Below, one piece after another: positions 36,173 through 44,197 of a stretch of 60,824 nucleotides of DNA. The notes beneath the pieces are model-generated. The model saw only the letters and a program-made list of their open reading frames with translations, ran no database searches and had not been told where the DNA came from. This DNA comes from an uncultured Mediterraneibacter sp. (GTDB taxonomy: Bacteria; Bacillota; Clostridia; Lachnospirales; Lachnospiraceae). Position 1 is the stretch's first letter. The number at the start of each line of letters is the position of its first letter. The stretch is from the NCBI GenBank assembly GCA_944383695.1, contig CALWQP010000017.1, positions 1 through 60,824 on the forward strand. The letters are read 5' to 3'. The position numbers and the translations under genes are program-made.

Positions 36173-36706
36173 TTATACTGCTCTATTCAGCGTATCCTGC
36201 ATCAGACAATAACTGATGATAGCGAATCCTACAAATCCCAGAATCAGGTAAAGGATGCCTGAATTCCCGCTCATACCTTTGATCCTGTCACAGCGCTCAC
36301 CCATCTTGTAAAGCCAGTACAGTGCATAGATTCCGCATGTGATAATTGAGAGGAGAAGTACGATCCCTCCGGACGTTGCATTAGGCTCGCCGGACAGTAT
36401 ATTGACTTCATCGTTTAATTTGATCATCCAGTAAATCCCATAAATCCCGCATGTGATAAGAGTTAATATAATACACAGGGGGATGCTTCTCGGTGTGATT
36501 CCAAACTGGGATGCCGAATAATTCTGCGGGCGGCCGTAATCAGCTCCACTGCCATACTGCTGTTGTGTATTATTATACTGATTCTGCGCATTATTATACT
36601 GGCCCTGTGCATCGCTGTACTGCTGCTGCGGAAGAGGAGTCCCGCATTCCGGACAAAAAGTAGTATTGTCATCGCATTGCTTGTTGCATTTCATGCATAT
36701 TTTCAT
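36173..36706 (-). CDS. Zinc-ribbon protein with a Q/N-rich low-complexity linker and a C-terminal DUF4234 membrane domain.
   Basis: CMKCNKQ...CPECG; QQQYSDAQGQYNNAQNQYNNTQQQY; and CGIYGIYWMIKLND...CGIYALYWLYKMG (duplicated DUF4234 motif). RBS is AAGGAGAAAT. Confidence 0.65.
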   Translation of the reverse strand: MKICMKCNKQCDDNTTFCPECGTPLPQQQYSDAQGQYNNAQNQYNNTQQQYGSGADYGRPQNYSASQFGITPRSIPLCIILTLITCGIYGIYWMIKLNDEVNILSGEPNATSGGIVLLLSIITCGIYALYWLYKMGERCDRIKGMSGNSGILYLILGFVGFAIISYCLMQDTLNRAV

Positions 36707-36717
36707 ATATTTCTCCT

Positions 36718-37185
36718 TTATAATATCTGCCAGAATCCCTCCGGTGCCAGCAGTGTAAATGGAAATACCGGGATATTCCTCAGTACCCCATATATCAACA
36801 CGACTACCAGCACTCCGGTAAGGAACTTGACATTGATTTTCTTGTCTATATGATTTCTGCCGGTAATGATCCAGTCCAGTGCGCGTGCTGCAATGTACAG
36901 CCCGATCAGCGGAAGGAGGGCTGTCATAAGCGGGTTATAACAGAAGGCATCCAAAAACCTCCCATGCAGGATAGAATAGCAGGCGCGGCCCGTGCCGCAC
37001 CCTGGACAGTACAGTCCTGTTACTGAGTTAAAAACGCATACCAGAGGAACTCCCTGGGGTGTAGAAAAGTACAGGTACAGTGCCGCGGCACATACCGCAG
37101 CCGCGGCGCATACTGCCACTCCAATCCTTGCCTTTCTGCTCTCACGAAGCCGGCTGCCCATATATCTATATTGATCTCTCCACAT
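36718..37185 (-). CDS. DUF2752-family membrane protein.
   Basis: The CPGCGTGRACYSILHG motif is typical of DUF2752. Its start is 3 nt after the upstream stop. Confidence 0.65.
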   Translation of the reverse strand: MWRDQYRYMGSRLRESRKARIGVAVCAAAAVCAAALYLYFSTPQGVPLVCVFNSVTGLYCPGCGTGRACYSILHGRFLDAFCYNPLMTALLPLIGLYIAARALDWIITGRNHIDKKINVKFLTGVLVVVLIYGVLRNIPVFPFTLLAPEGFWQIL

Positions 37186-37188
37186 GGC

Positions 37189-37845
37189 TTAATAATAATA
37201 ATAGTAAGTGCCTTCATAAATCAGGCTTCCAACCGCCACAGAAATAATCATTGAAACAACAGCCGCTGCAGCTGCTACTATAAGCCAGATTTTTGCCATC
37301 TTTGCTGCTTTTTTTGCCGCTTCCATATCCCCTGCAGTTACTGCACTGTTAATCTTGGCAGAATATACGATCGCAACTATACCAAACGGTATAGCTAATG
37401 AACAACAGCATATTGTAGAAATAACCGTTAAAACAATTGACATAACCAAATATGGCGTTCCATTGACCAACTCTCCCTGCCCCTGCTGATAAGGCGCCTG
37501 ATAATTTCCATTCTGATAATTATTTTGGTAGCCGTTCTGGTAATTATTCTGATAGCCATTCTGATAATTATTCTGCTGGGCATCATTCTGATAGCCGCTT
37601 CCATATCCGGATGTTCCCTGATAACCAGCGTTATAGCTCTGCGTATCCTGATACTGCATGCTTGTTTCCGGCTGTACAGTATCCGGACGCACATTCTCCT
37701 CCGGCTGCACGGTATTTGGCTGAGCTGCCGGTTCTGCCTGCGTATCCGCCGTCCCTGTCTCCGGCACTGCCACCTGCGCAGCGCCGCAGTAAGGACAGAA
37801 CTTGGATCCGTCCGGAATTTCCTGATAACATTTAATACAATTCAT
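37189..37845 (-). CDS. Zinc-ribbon protein with a Q/N/Y-rich repeat linker and a C-terminal CD225/dispanin (IFITM-like) membrane domain.
   Basis: CIKCYQEI...CPYCG; the NYQNGYQNNYQNGYQNNYQNGNYQ repeats; and ...CCCSLAIPFGIVAIVYSAKINSA... (CD225 motif region). Confidence 0.65.
   Translation of the reverse strand: MNCIKCYQEIPDGSKFCPYCGAAQVAVPETGTADTQAEPAAQPNTVQPEENVRPDTVQPETSMQYQDTQSYNAGYQGTSGYGSGYQNDAQQNNYQNGYQNNYQNGYQNNYQNGNYQAPYQQGQGELVNGTPYLVMSIVLTVISTICCCSLAIPFGIVAIVYSAKINSAVTAGDMEAAKKAAKMAKIWLIVAAAAAVVSMIISVAVGSLIYEGTYYYYY
37505..37585 (-). repeat. In-frame tandem nucleotide repeats (CTGATAATTATT-like units) that encode the NYQNGYQ repeats of the CD225 protein.
   Basis: tctgataattattttggtagccgttctggtaattattctgatagccattctgataattattctg. 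Confidence 0.7.
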
Positions 37846-37980
37846 CTTTCTTACCTCGCTCTCATGATTGTTATAAAATATTATGCCGCTTCACTAATAA
37901 TACCATTGAAGGAGGTAAAAAGTCACCAGAAAAATGCTAATTTTTGTAATTTTTTGCCTTTTTTTGAATTATTCCGCATA

Positions 37981-38598
37981 TCAGCCAAGTGTATGCGCCG
38001 TTTTCGATCCCGCTGAATGTATCATGCCGGTTTTCATCAGCACCGGACGCAGTGCGTTGTACAGTACGCCCACCAGCAGGACAGAAACCACTGCATTGAC
38101 AAACGTGGTGGCTGTGCTCCACTTTGCAAGGACTTCCGCCATCTGCTGAGGCTGCCCGAGAATATACAGCTTATAGAAATACCCCGCCAGCGGGTCTGCG
38201 ATCACATTGAAGCCAAGGCCTGCTACTGAGGCGAGCACACTCCAGCGTAAAATATATTTTTTGTCAGCGCTCTCGTTGATCCTGGCAATACGGTGAGCAA
38301 CCAGCCCTGCGATCAGCCCGATGCACAGCTTGAGCACAAACGTCTTCGGCGCCCCGACGATATACACCGGATCGAGGATATCAGCGATCGTCATGCCGAC
38401 CGCTCCCGCCAGGCCACCGTACCAGCCGCCCAGGATAAGCGCTCCCAGCACGCAGAATGCATTTCCGATATGGAGAGACGTGGCGTCTCCCCCGGGCATC
38501 GGTATCTTGATCTGCAAAAATGTAAACGATACAAAACAAAGAGCAGCCATCAGCGCTGTCTGTGCAAGCTTTCTCACAGTTTCATTTCTTTTTTCCAT
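37981..38598 (-). CDS. ECF transporter S component (substrate-capture subunit; substrate unknown).
   Basis: Five to six TM segments with the pattern ...LHIGNAFCVLGALILGGWYGGLAGAVGMTIADIL.... RBS is AAGAGGA; start is at MEKRNE. Confidence 0.65.
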   Translation of the reverse strand: MEKRNETVRKLAQTALMAALCFVSFTFLQIKIPMPGGDATSLHIGNAFCVLGALILGGWYGGLAGAVGMTIADILDPVYIVGAPKTFVLKLCIGLIAGLVAHRIARINESADKKYILRWSVLASVAGLGFNVIADPLAGYFYKLYILGQPQQMAEVLAKWSTATTFVNAVVSVLLVGVLYNALRPVLMKTGMIHSAGSKTAHTLG

Positions 38599-38693
38599 GT
38601 AAATGTCCTCTTTTCCTGTCATTGATACAGGTATATTAACATTGATCTGGTCATATTAAAATGTCCAGTTGTGAGTTTTTTGCACATGCCAGT

Positions 38694-41429
38694 TTATTCA
38701 TCTTTTCCAAGCCGCACCCGCTCCATTTCTCTTGCGTCATCTTCTTCGAGATGATCAAACAGATAATGACTGAGCCGACCGCTTTTGCCGAAATGCTCTG
38801 ACTTAAGTTCTTTCCGGGCAAGTTCGACTTCTTCTTTTAACCCCGCGGCAGACATTCTCCGGGCGCCCTGTCCCAGGATGATGACCTGCTCCAGCGCGTC
38901 TGAGGTGGCAACCGTCACTTCATGATGCCTTGAAATCCTTCTCACGGTCTTTTCTATATACTGGTCCGCTGTCTCTGCTTCTCTCGTATACACGATATGG
39001 ATGTTGTGATACCGGGCCACTTCCCCCGGATTCCCCTCCACCTTATAGGCGTCAAACACAAGGATCAGCGTGCATTGCCGACAGCCCTGGTAATCGCACA
39101 GGATGTCAGCCAGCTTTCCCCGCGCCGCCGCAAGGTCCGCTTCAGAAAGCTCTCTCAGTTCATCCCACGCAAAAATGATATTGTATCCGTCTACGAGAAG
39201 ATATTCTTCACGGTCTCCTTTCGTCTTCCTGCGTACGCTGCCGAATCTTTCTCCATTTTTATCAGACGCTCCGTTCCTTGCTGTTCCGCCGTCCCCGGAA
39301 AAATCCGCCGACACGGTCACCGGACGGCTGCTGGCCTTCCTCTTCACCGGATCAGGAGTCCGGACATAGATCGCATCCAGCTCCTCCTGGGTCAGCTCGA
39401 CCGTATGCCTCACCGGGCGCACTGCTGCCACAGGCGCCAGCTCCTGACCGGAGACTGTCGCTTTTACCCCGCTTTCCACATGCATGTGTTCTTCCACCTC
39501 ATACCATGGCACGATAATTCCCGCACCGTGGGAACAAAACACAGAATCCGCTGTATTTTCCACATCTGCGTCTGCATCATACCCGATCCTGCTGACTACT
39601 TCCTCACTGTTATGGCAGACGTCGTAGCCCTTGAGTGTGCAGAACATCCTCCCAAATCCTCCTGTGTACGCGGCAAATTCTTTCTGATATCCCCGCATTT
39701 CCGACACCGGAGCGCAGCCTGTCAGCACTGCCTGCCCATTCTCCGCCTCAGGTCCTTTAAAGCTGCCATTCATCCGCTGGATATCGGACATCGCCCGCCC
39801 CACATTTTCCATAGGAAGCTCCATGCGGAACTCATAATAGGGCTCCAGCAGAAGACTCTCTGCTTTCCGCAGCCCCTGACGGACCGCCCGGTAAGTCGCC
39901 TGACGGAAATCTCCGCCCTCTGTATGTTTCTGATGTGCCCGCCCGGTCAGGAGTGTGATCCGCATATCCGTCACTGCTGACCCTGTCAGGACTCCCTTGT
40001 GTTCTCTCTCTTCCATGTGAGTCAGGATCAGCCTCTGCCAGTTCCGGTCCAGGACGTCCTCGGCACATTCCGATAAGAACTGCATCCCGTACCCCCGCTC
40101 TCCCGGCTCCAGCAGAAGGTGCACCTCTGCATAATGACGGAGCGGCTCAAAATGCCCGATGCCTTCCACCGGAGCTTTGATCGTTTCCTTGTAGACAATA
40201 TTTCCTTCTCCAAAACCGATGAGCACGCCAAAACGTTGTTTCACCATCTGTTGGAGGACTTCTGTCTGCACCTCTCCCATGAGCTGGATGTGTATCTCAG
40301 ACGTCTCCTCCGCCCATACTACATGGAGCTGCGGCTCTTCTTCCTCGATCTGCCGGAGATTCCTGAGCATTGTATGCACATCGCACCCATCCGGCAGTTC
40401 GATCCGGTATGTAAGCACCGGCTCCAGCACCGGCAGCTCCGACGCCTTTTCACAGCCAATCCCCTGCCCGGGATGTGTATCTTCCAGCCCGGTCACAGCG
40501 CACACTGTCCCTGCCTGTGCCTCCTGCACCATCTCGTATTTCTCGCCGGAATAAATCCGGATCTGGTTGACTTTGCCCGGAACGTCCGGAAGCGACTCCT
40601 TCACCCGCAGGACACCGCCCATTATCTTAAGCCAGGTCAAACGGTTCCCCTGAGCGTCACGGGATATCTTATATACTTTCGCGCCAAAATCCTGTCCATA
40701 CTGCGGGCAGGGGGAGAGCTCTGTAAGCCCATCCAGCAGTTCTGTGATCCCCTCTGCCCTCAAAGCTGATCCGAACCAGCACGGGAAAACCTTTCGCTCA
40801 GACACTCCCCTGCGCAGCGTCTCTCTCCCGACGGTGCCCTTCTCCAGATATTCTTCCAGCATAGCTTCGTCACAGACAGCCAGGCTTTCTATCTTATCCT
40901 CATCACCGGCATAAACCCCTTCAATGTCTGCACACCCCTCGCCAAACCTTTCTCGCAATTTTTCCATGAGTTTTTCCCTGTCCGCGTCATCCCTGTCCAT
41001 CTTATTGACAAAGAGAAACACCGGGATCTCATACCTTTTCAAAAGCCTCCAGAGCGTCAGGGTATGGCTCTGTACACCGTCAGCCGCATTGATCACGAGC
41101 ACCGCGCAGTCCAGCACTTGAAGCACACGCTCCATCTCCGCAGAAAAATCCACATGTCCGGGAGTGTCAAGAAGCGTTACTTCCATATCCTTCCACTGGA
41201 ACATCGCCTGTTTAGAAAAGATCGTAATGCCGCGTTCCCGCTCAAGTTCGTATGTATCAAGGAATGCATCCCCATGATCCACGCGCCCCATGCTGCGTAT
41301 CCGGCCGCTCAAATAGAGCATGCCCTCTGTCAATGTGGTCTTGCCCGCATCTACATGAGCGAGAATCCCGATGCAGATATGCCTTTCCCCTGCTGTCTTA
41401 TTTTCTTTATTGTCAGACGTATTTCCCAT
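38694..41429 (-). CDS. Fusion protein: a complete TetM/EF-G-like translational GTPase (G domain plus domains II-V, about 640 aa), a low-complexity basic/Ser-rich linker, and a C-terminal YacP/Rae1-like NYN (PIN-like) ribonuclease domain.
   Basis: G1 AHVDAGKTT, G2 RGITI, G3 DTPGHVDF, G4 NKMD. Domain II reads GAKVYKISRDAQGNRLTWLKIMGGVL, like Tet(M) [25 protein letters not shown]. The C-terminus EYLLVDGYNIIFAWDEL...LVFDAYKVEG...IVYTREAETADQYIEK...VTVATSDALEQVIILGQGARRMSAAGL aligns with B. subtilis Rae1/YacP along its length. The start at MGNTSD (41429) has the RBS GGAAAGGGG. Confidence 0.8.
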   Translation of the reverse strand: MGNTSDNKENKTAGERHICIGILAHVDAGKTTLTEGMLYLSGRIRSMGRVDHGDAFLDTYELERERGITIFSKQAMFQWKDMEVTLLDTPGHVDFSAEMERVLQVLDCAVLVINAADGVQSHTLTLWRLLKRYEIPVFLFVNKMDRDDADREKLMEKLRERFGEGCADIEGVYAGDEDKIESLAVCDEAMLEEYLEKGTVGRETLRRGVSERKVFPCWFGSALRAEGITELLDGLTELSPCPQYGQDFGAKVYKISRDAQGNRLTWLKIMGGVLRVKESLPDVPGKVNQIRIYSGEKYEMVQEAQAGTVCAVTGLEDTHPGQGIGCEKASELPVLEPVLTYRIELPDGCDVHTMLRNLRQIEEEEPQLHVVWAEETSEIHIQLMGEVQTEVLQQMVKQRFGVLIGFGEGNIVYKETIKAPVEGIGHFEPLRHYAEVHLLLEPGERGYGMQFLSECAEDVLDRNWQRLILTHMEEREHKGVLTGSAVTDMRITLLTGRAHQKHTEGGDFRQATYRAVRQGLRKAESLLLEPYYEFRMELPMENVGRAMSDIQRMNGSFKGPEAENGQAVLTGCAPVSEMRGYQKEFAAYTGGFGRMFCTLKGYDVCHNSEEVVSRIGYDADADVENTADSVFCSHGAGIIVPWYEVEEHMHVESGVKATVSGQELAPVAAVRPVRHTVELTQEELDAIYVRTPDPVKRKASSRPVTVSADFSGDGGTARNGASDKNGERFGSVRRKTKGDREEYLLVDGYNIIFAWDELRELSEADLAAARGKLADILCDYQGCRQCTLILVFDAYKVEGNPGEVARYHNIHIVYTREAETADQYIEKTVRRISRHHEVTVATSDALEQVIILGQGARRMSAAGLKEEVELARKELKSEHFGKSGRLSHYLFDHLEEDDAREMERVRLGKDE

Positions 41430-41468
41430 AGAAAATACCCCTTTCCGTTTTATAATCATACATCCGTA

Positions 41469-41497
41469 ATCATATCACAGAAAGAGATATAAGTCGA
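41469..41497 (-). promoter_or_regulatory. Predicted promoter of the GTPase-NYN gene (minus strand TCGACT-17-TGaTATGAT, an extended -10).
   Basis: Minus strand reads TCGACTTATATCTCTTTCTGTGATATGAT. Confidence 0.45.
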
Positions 41498-41699
41498 TAA
41501 AGCATTCCTCATACTCAGTAAACAATTTACAACTTTAACACCATTCTATTCTTTTGTTAGATTTATTGTTTCAATCATAATATTTGTTTATTCCACACCT
41601 GCATCTTATATTTTATATAACTGCTTTCTTTGGAACCGCAGAAAGCTGCCTGCTCGCATATGGGCGAGGAAATCCGTACAAATATACTTTGTACGTTTC

Positions 41700-42389
41700 T
41701 CAGTCTCCCACTCCGAAATCCGTATTTTCATAAAGGACTTCCACCACCGGGTCTTCCCGCAGCCACTCGTATTCCCGGACAAACCACTCCACCAGCTCCG
41801 GATCCTGACGGATGGGCGTTGTATTGTCCGTAAATACATTAATTGTCCCAAGCCGGAAATATTTCTTCAGGATCTGTATATCTGTGTCGATCATCTGCTT
41901 GGTCTGTCCCCGGATCCCGACCATAATGCAGGGAGAGTCAAAATATTCTGCCACTTCCTCCGGCGTCTTAAAATCCGCATGCTTGTTGAGCACCTTTTCC
42001 CGAAAATCATTGTCAAACGTTTCCACGCCAATCTTATAAGTGATCGGAACACCCATAAAATACCGCATTTCCTCAAGGTGTTTTCGGTACATCCAGTGGC
42101 TTTCAAAAAACAGCCGCCCAATGCCCTTCTTTCGGACCACTTTTCTGATCTCCTCTCTGGTGCCGGCGGGCAGTTCAAAACAGCTTCCCGAATTGATGAC
42201 TTCCAGTACTCCCATTTCCCCGGTGACCCGGGAGAGAATGTGGGAATTGAGCGCCAGCATCTCGTGCTCGTTCCGGGAGTTGTCATCAATATAATCGCAG
42301 AAGGTACATTTTCCCCACGCGCAGGGGTAGGACTTTAGCAGCACGATTTCCCGTTGATTCTTCTCCCGGATCACATTATACCTTTCCAT
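41700..42389 (-). CDS. Small radical-SAM-like Fe-S protein with an unusual Cx4Cx2C motif; a candidate queuine lyase (QueL-like) of the queuosine salvage cluster.
   Basis: YPCAWGKCTFCDY cysteine triad near the N-terminus; 229 aa; last gene of the preQ1-riboswitch operon. RBS is AAAGGGGA. Confidence 0.5.
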   Translation of the reverse strand: MERYNVIREKNQREIVLLKSYPCAWGKCTFCDYIDDNSRNEHEMLALNSHILSRVTGEMGVLEVINSGSCFELPAGTREEIRKVVRKKGIGRLFFESHWMYRKHLEEMRYFMGVPITYKIGVETFDNDFREKVLNKHADFKTPEEVAEYFDSPCIMVGIRGQTKQMIDTDIQILKKYFRLGTINVFTDNTTPIRQDPELVEWFVREYEWLREDPVVEVLYENTDFGVGD

Positions 42390-42951
42390 CCGCGCGTCCC
42401 CTTTGCAAATGCATTTTCAGTCGGCTCCCAAGGCTTGCCGACAGCGCCAGCACCATCAGCACTGAGATCAGCCGGTCAGCATAATCCGTCACGATCTGTA
42501 CGAGAAAGGCGCTGACCGTCATGTTCAGACCAAGGTGGTAGAAAAGCTGAACGAGCAGGGAGGAACCGGAGGACGTCACGCCGCCGAACACAAATGCGGA
42601 AACAGACGCGCTCATCGCGGTCCCGGGCACAGTCAGAGCCAGACTTCCGGGAACCACCTTCCAGCCTTTTAACAGCCCTCTCCGGAACAGCAGACCCGAC
42701 ATCAGACCCGTGACCGCGCCCGCCGGCATAAAATACAGGGAATAGATATCCGTTGTCATTCCGGTGATCAGACCACTTCCCACAGCAGCAGCCATCCCAT
42801 ACCATGGTCCCATCAGAGCGCCTGCCAGGATGGTTCCGATGCTGTCCAGATAGATGGGCAGCCGCAACATCAGCGCAAGATCCGCTCCCACAATATTCAC
42901 AACAATGCACAGCGCTGCCACGGACAGGCACAATATATTAGTTTTTTTCAT
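42376..42951 (-). CDS. ECF transporter S component, QueT-like (queuosine/precursor transporter candidate).
   Basis: Five to six TM segments, Gly/Ala-rich helices. Sits between a nucleoside hydrolase and a radical SAM gene under a preQ1 riboswitch. RBS is GAGGAG. Confidence 0.55.
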   Translation of the reverse strand: MKKTNILCLSVAALCIVVNIVGADLALMLRLPIYLDSIGTILAGALMGPWYGMAAAVGSGLITGMTTDIYSLYFMPAGAVTGLMSGLLFRRGLLKGWKVVPGSLALTVPGTAMSASVSAFVFGGVTSSGSSLLVQLFYHLGLNMTVSAFLVQIVTDYADRLISVLMVLALSASLGSRLKMHLQRGRADGKV

Positions 42952-43936
42952 ACCGTATCTTCTCCTCTGTCATGATCTGCCCAAGGATTTTCCTGATCTC
43001 TCTTACGTCTCCTCCGCAGAGCCGTTCCAGAAACAGCTCCATAAATCCTCTCTCATCCACCTCTGCCAGTATATGGCTGTTGGGTTCTTTTTTCCAGAAA
43101 TTTTCCCTGTCCACCAGTGTCTGTCCAATGGATATGCCCTCTGTCTCCACCGCGGTATAAGCGTCAAAGCCCTGGCATAAATGGGGCTTACACATATATG
43201 CCACTGCCAGAGGATCATTGATGACACAGCCGATGAGCCCTTCCTGCTTCCAGTGGAAATCAAGATAAAAACGGGTGATTTCCTCCGTAAATCCCCCCAC
43301 CCTTTGGTTCAATCGTTTCATATACTCCAGCAGATTGGGCGTCAGGACGATTTTTCTCGTCACATCCAGCCCCACCATATTAATGGGTGATGTCAGCTTC
43401 TCATAGACATATGCCGCTGCGTCCGGGTCACACCAGTAATTATACTCCGCTACGGGGGAACAGTTGCCGTGGCTCTTATAGCTGCCGCCCATGGATACCA
43501 GTTCATCCAGATTTTCAAAAACCTCCGGCTCTTTTTTAAGCGCCAGCGCCACGTTAGTCAGCGGTCCGATTGCCAGCAGGGAGATCCCTTTCTCCTTTTT
43601 CAGTGTATCCAGAATAAATTCCACTGCCTGGGGATGTATCTTCTCATCCTGCACATCCTCAAGCCCGGATTCTCCCAGCCCGTCTTTCCCATGGGTATCC
43701 TGGGCGCTGATATACTCCCGCCTCAGAGGCTTATCTGCTCCCTGATATACCGGGATATCAAGCCGCCCCATAAAACGCAGCACTTTCAGGGCATTTTTTG
43801 TCCCCAGATCTACCGGAACATTGCCGCACACCGCAGTAATGCCCACCACCTCAAGTTCCGGAGAGGACAGCGCGAGCATCAGAGCCAGGCTGTCATCAAT
43901 CCCCGGATCGCAGTCAATGATTACTTTTTTCTTCAT
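42938..43936 (-). CDS. Nucleoside hydrolase (IU-NH family); a candidate queuosine hydrolase.
   Basis: The N-terminal VIIDCDPGIDDSLALMLAL is the DXDXXXDD Ca-binding fingerprint of nucleoside hydrolases. The start at MKKKVII has the RBS GAGGAAAGGAAGG. Confidence 0.85.
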   Translation of the reverse strand: MKKKVIIDCDPGIDDSLALMLALSSPELEVVGITAVCGNVPVDLGTKNALKVLRFMGRLDIPVYQGADKPLRREYISAQDTHGKDGLGESGLEDVQDEKIHPQAVEFILDTLKKEKGISLLAIGPLTNVALALKKEPEVFENLDELVSMGGSYKSHGNCSPVAEYNYWCDPDAAAYVYEKLTSPINMVGLDVTRKIVLTPNLLEYMKRLNQRVGGFTEEITRFYLDFHWKQEGLIGCVINDPLAVAYMCKPHLCQGFDAYTAVETEGISIGQTLVDRENFWKKEPNSHILAEVDERGFMELFLERLCGGDVREIRKILGQIMTEEKIRYEKN

Positions 43937-43977
43937 AGTCCTTCCTTTCCTCATTCTCAAAAATAACGAGAAAAAAG

Positions 43978-44011
43978 CCATGCCCTTTTCTAAGGACATG
44001 GCTGACAGCGC
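43978..44011 (-). terminator. Intrinsic terminator forming the expression platform of the preQ1 riboswitch. Its 5' arm contains UCCUUAG, complementary to the riboswitch 3' tail CUAAGGA (an anti-terminator alternative).
   Basis: Minus strand reads AGCCATGTCCTTAGAAAAGGGCATGGCTTTTTTCT. Confidence 0.7.
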
Positions 44012-44041
44012 CGGAAGGCGCACTTTTCTGCAATTGTATCC

Positions 44042-44075
44042 TTAGTTTTTTATACTGGGAAGTTCTCGAACCAGT
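44042..44075 (-). promoter_or_regulatory. preQ1-I riboswitch aptamer (34 nt).
   Basis: Minus strand reads ACUGGUUCGAGAACUUCCCAGUAUAAAAAACUAA, against B. subtilis queC ACUAGG-type AGAGGUUCUAGCUACACCCUCUAUAAAAAACUAA. Same length, identical 3' tail UAUAAAAAACUAA, conserved GGUUC and CCC, and P1 with compensatory changes (ACUGG/CCAGU versus AGAGG/CCUCU). Confidence 0.85.
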
Positions 44076-44112
44076 CCGGGGCAATCCCCGGGTTCCAATG
44101 CAATTCCGGTTA

Positions 44113-44141
44113 AGTATACCAGAACAGCACAGCCTTTGCAA
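44113..44141 (-). promoter_or_regulatory. sigma70 promoter of the riboswitch operon (TTGCAA-17-TATACT).
   Basis: Minus strand reads TTGCAAAGGCTGTGCTGTTCTGGTATACT. The TSS is about 30 nt upstream of the aptamer. Confidence 0.65.
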
Positions 44142-44197
44142 ATCTTTTTCCATCAGAACCTGCATCTCTCCAAACCCCGAAATCCATCACCGGAAAT

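Noticed and set aside
37505-37585. Short tandem nucleotide repeats; considered as a possible CRISPR or minisatellite.
   Set aside because: They are in-frame inside a CDS and encode the NYQNGYQ peptide repeats. There are no spacer/repeat architecture and no cas genes.
38599-38693. Possible riboswitch (for example THF) upstream of the ECF S-component gene.
   Set aside because: The leader is AT-rich, short (~95 nt) and lacks the conserved GC-rich THF or other known aptamer cores. Only AT-rich direct repeats were seen.
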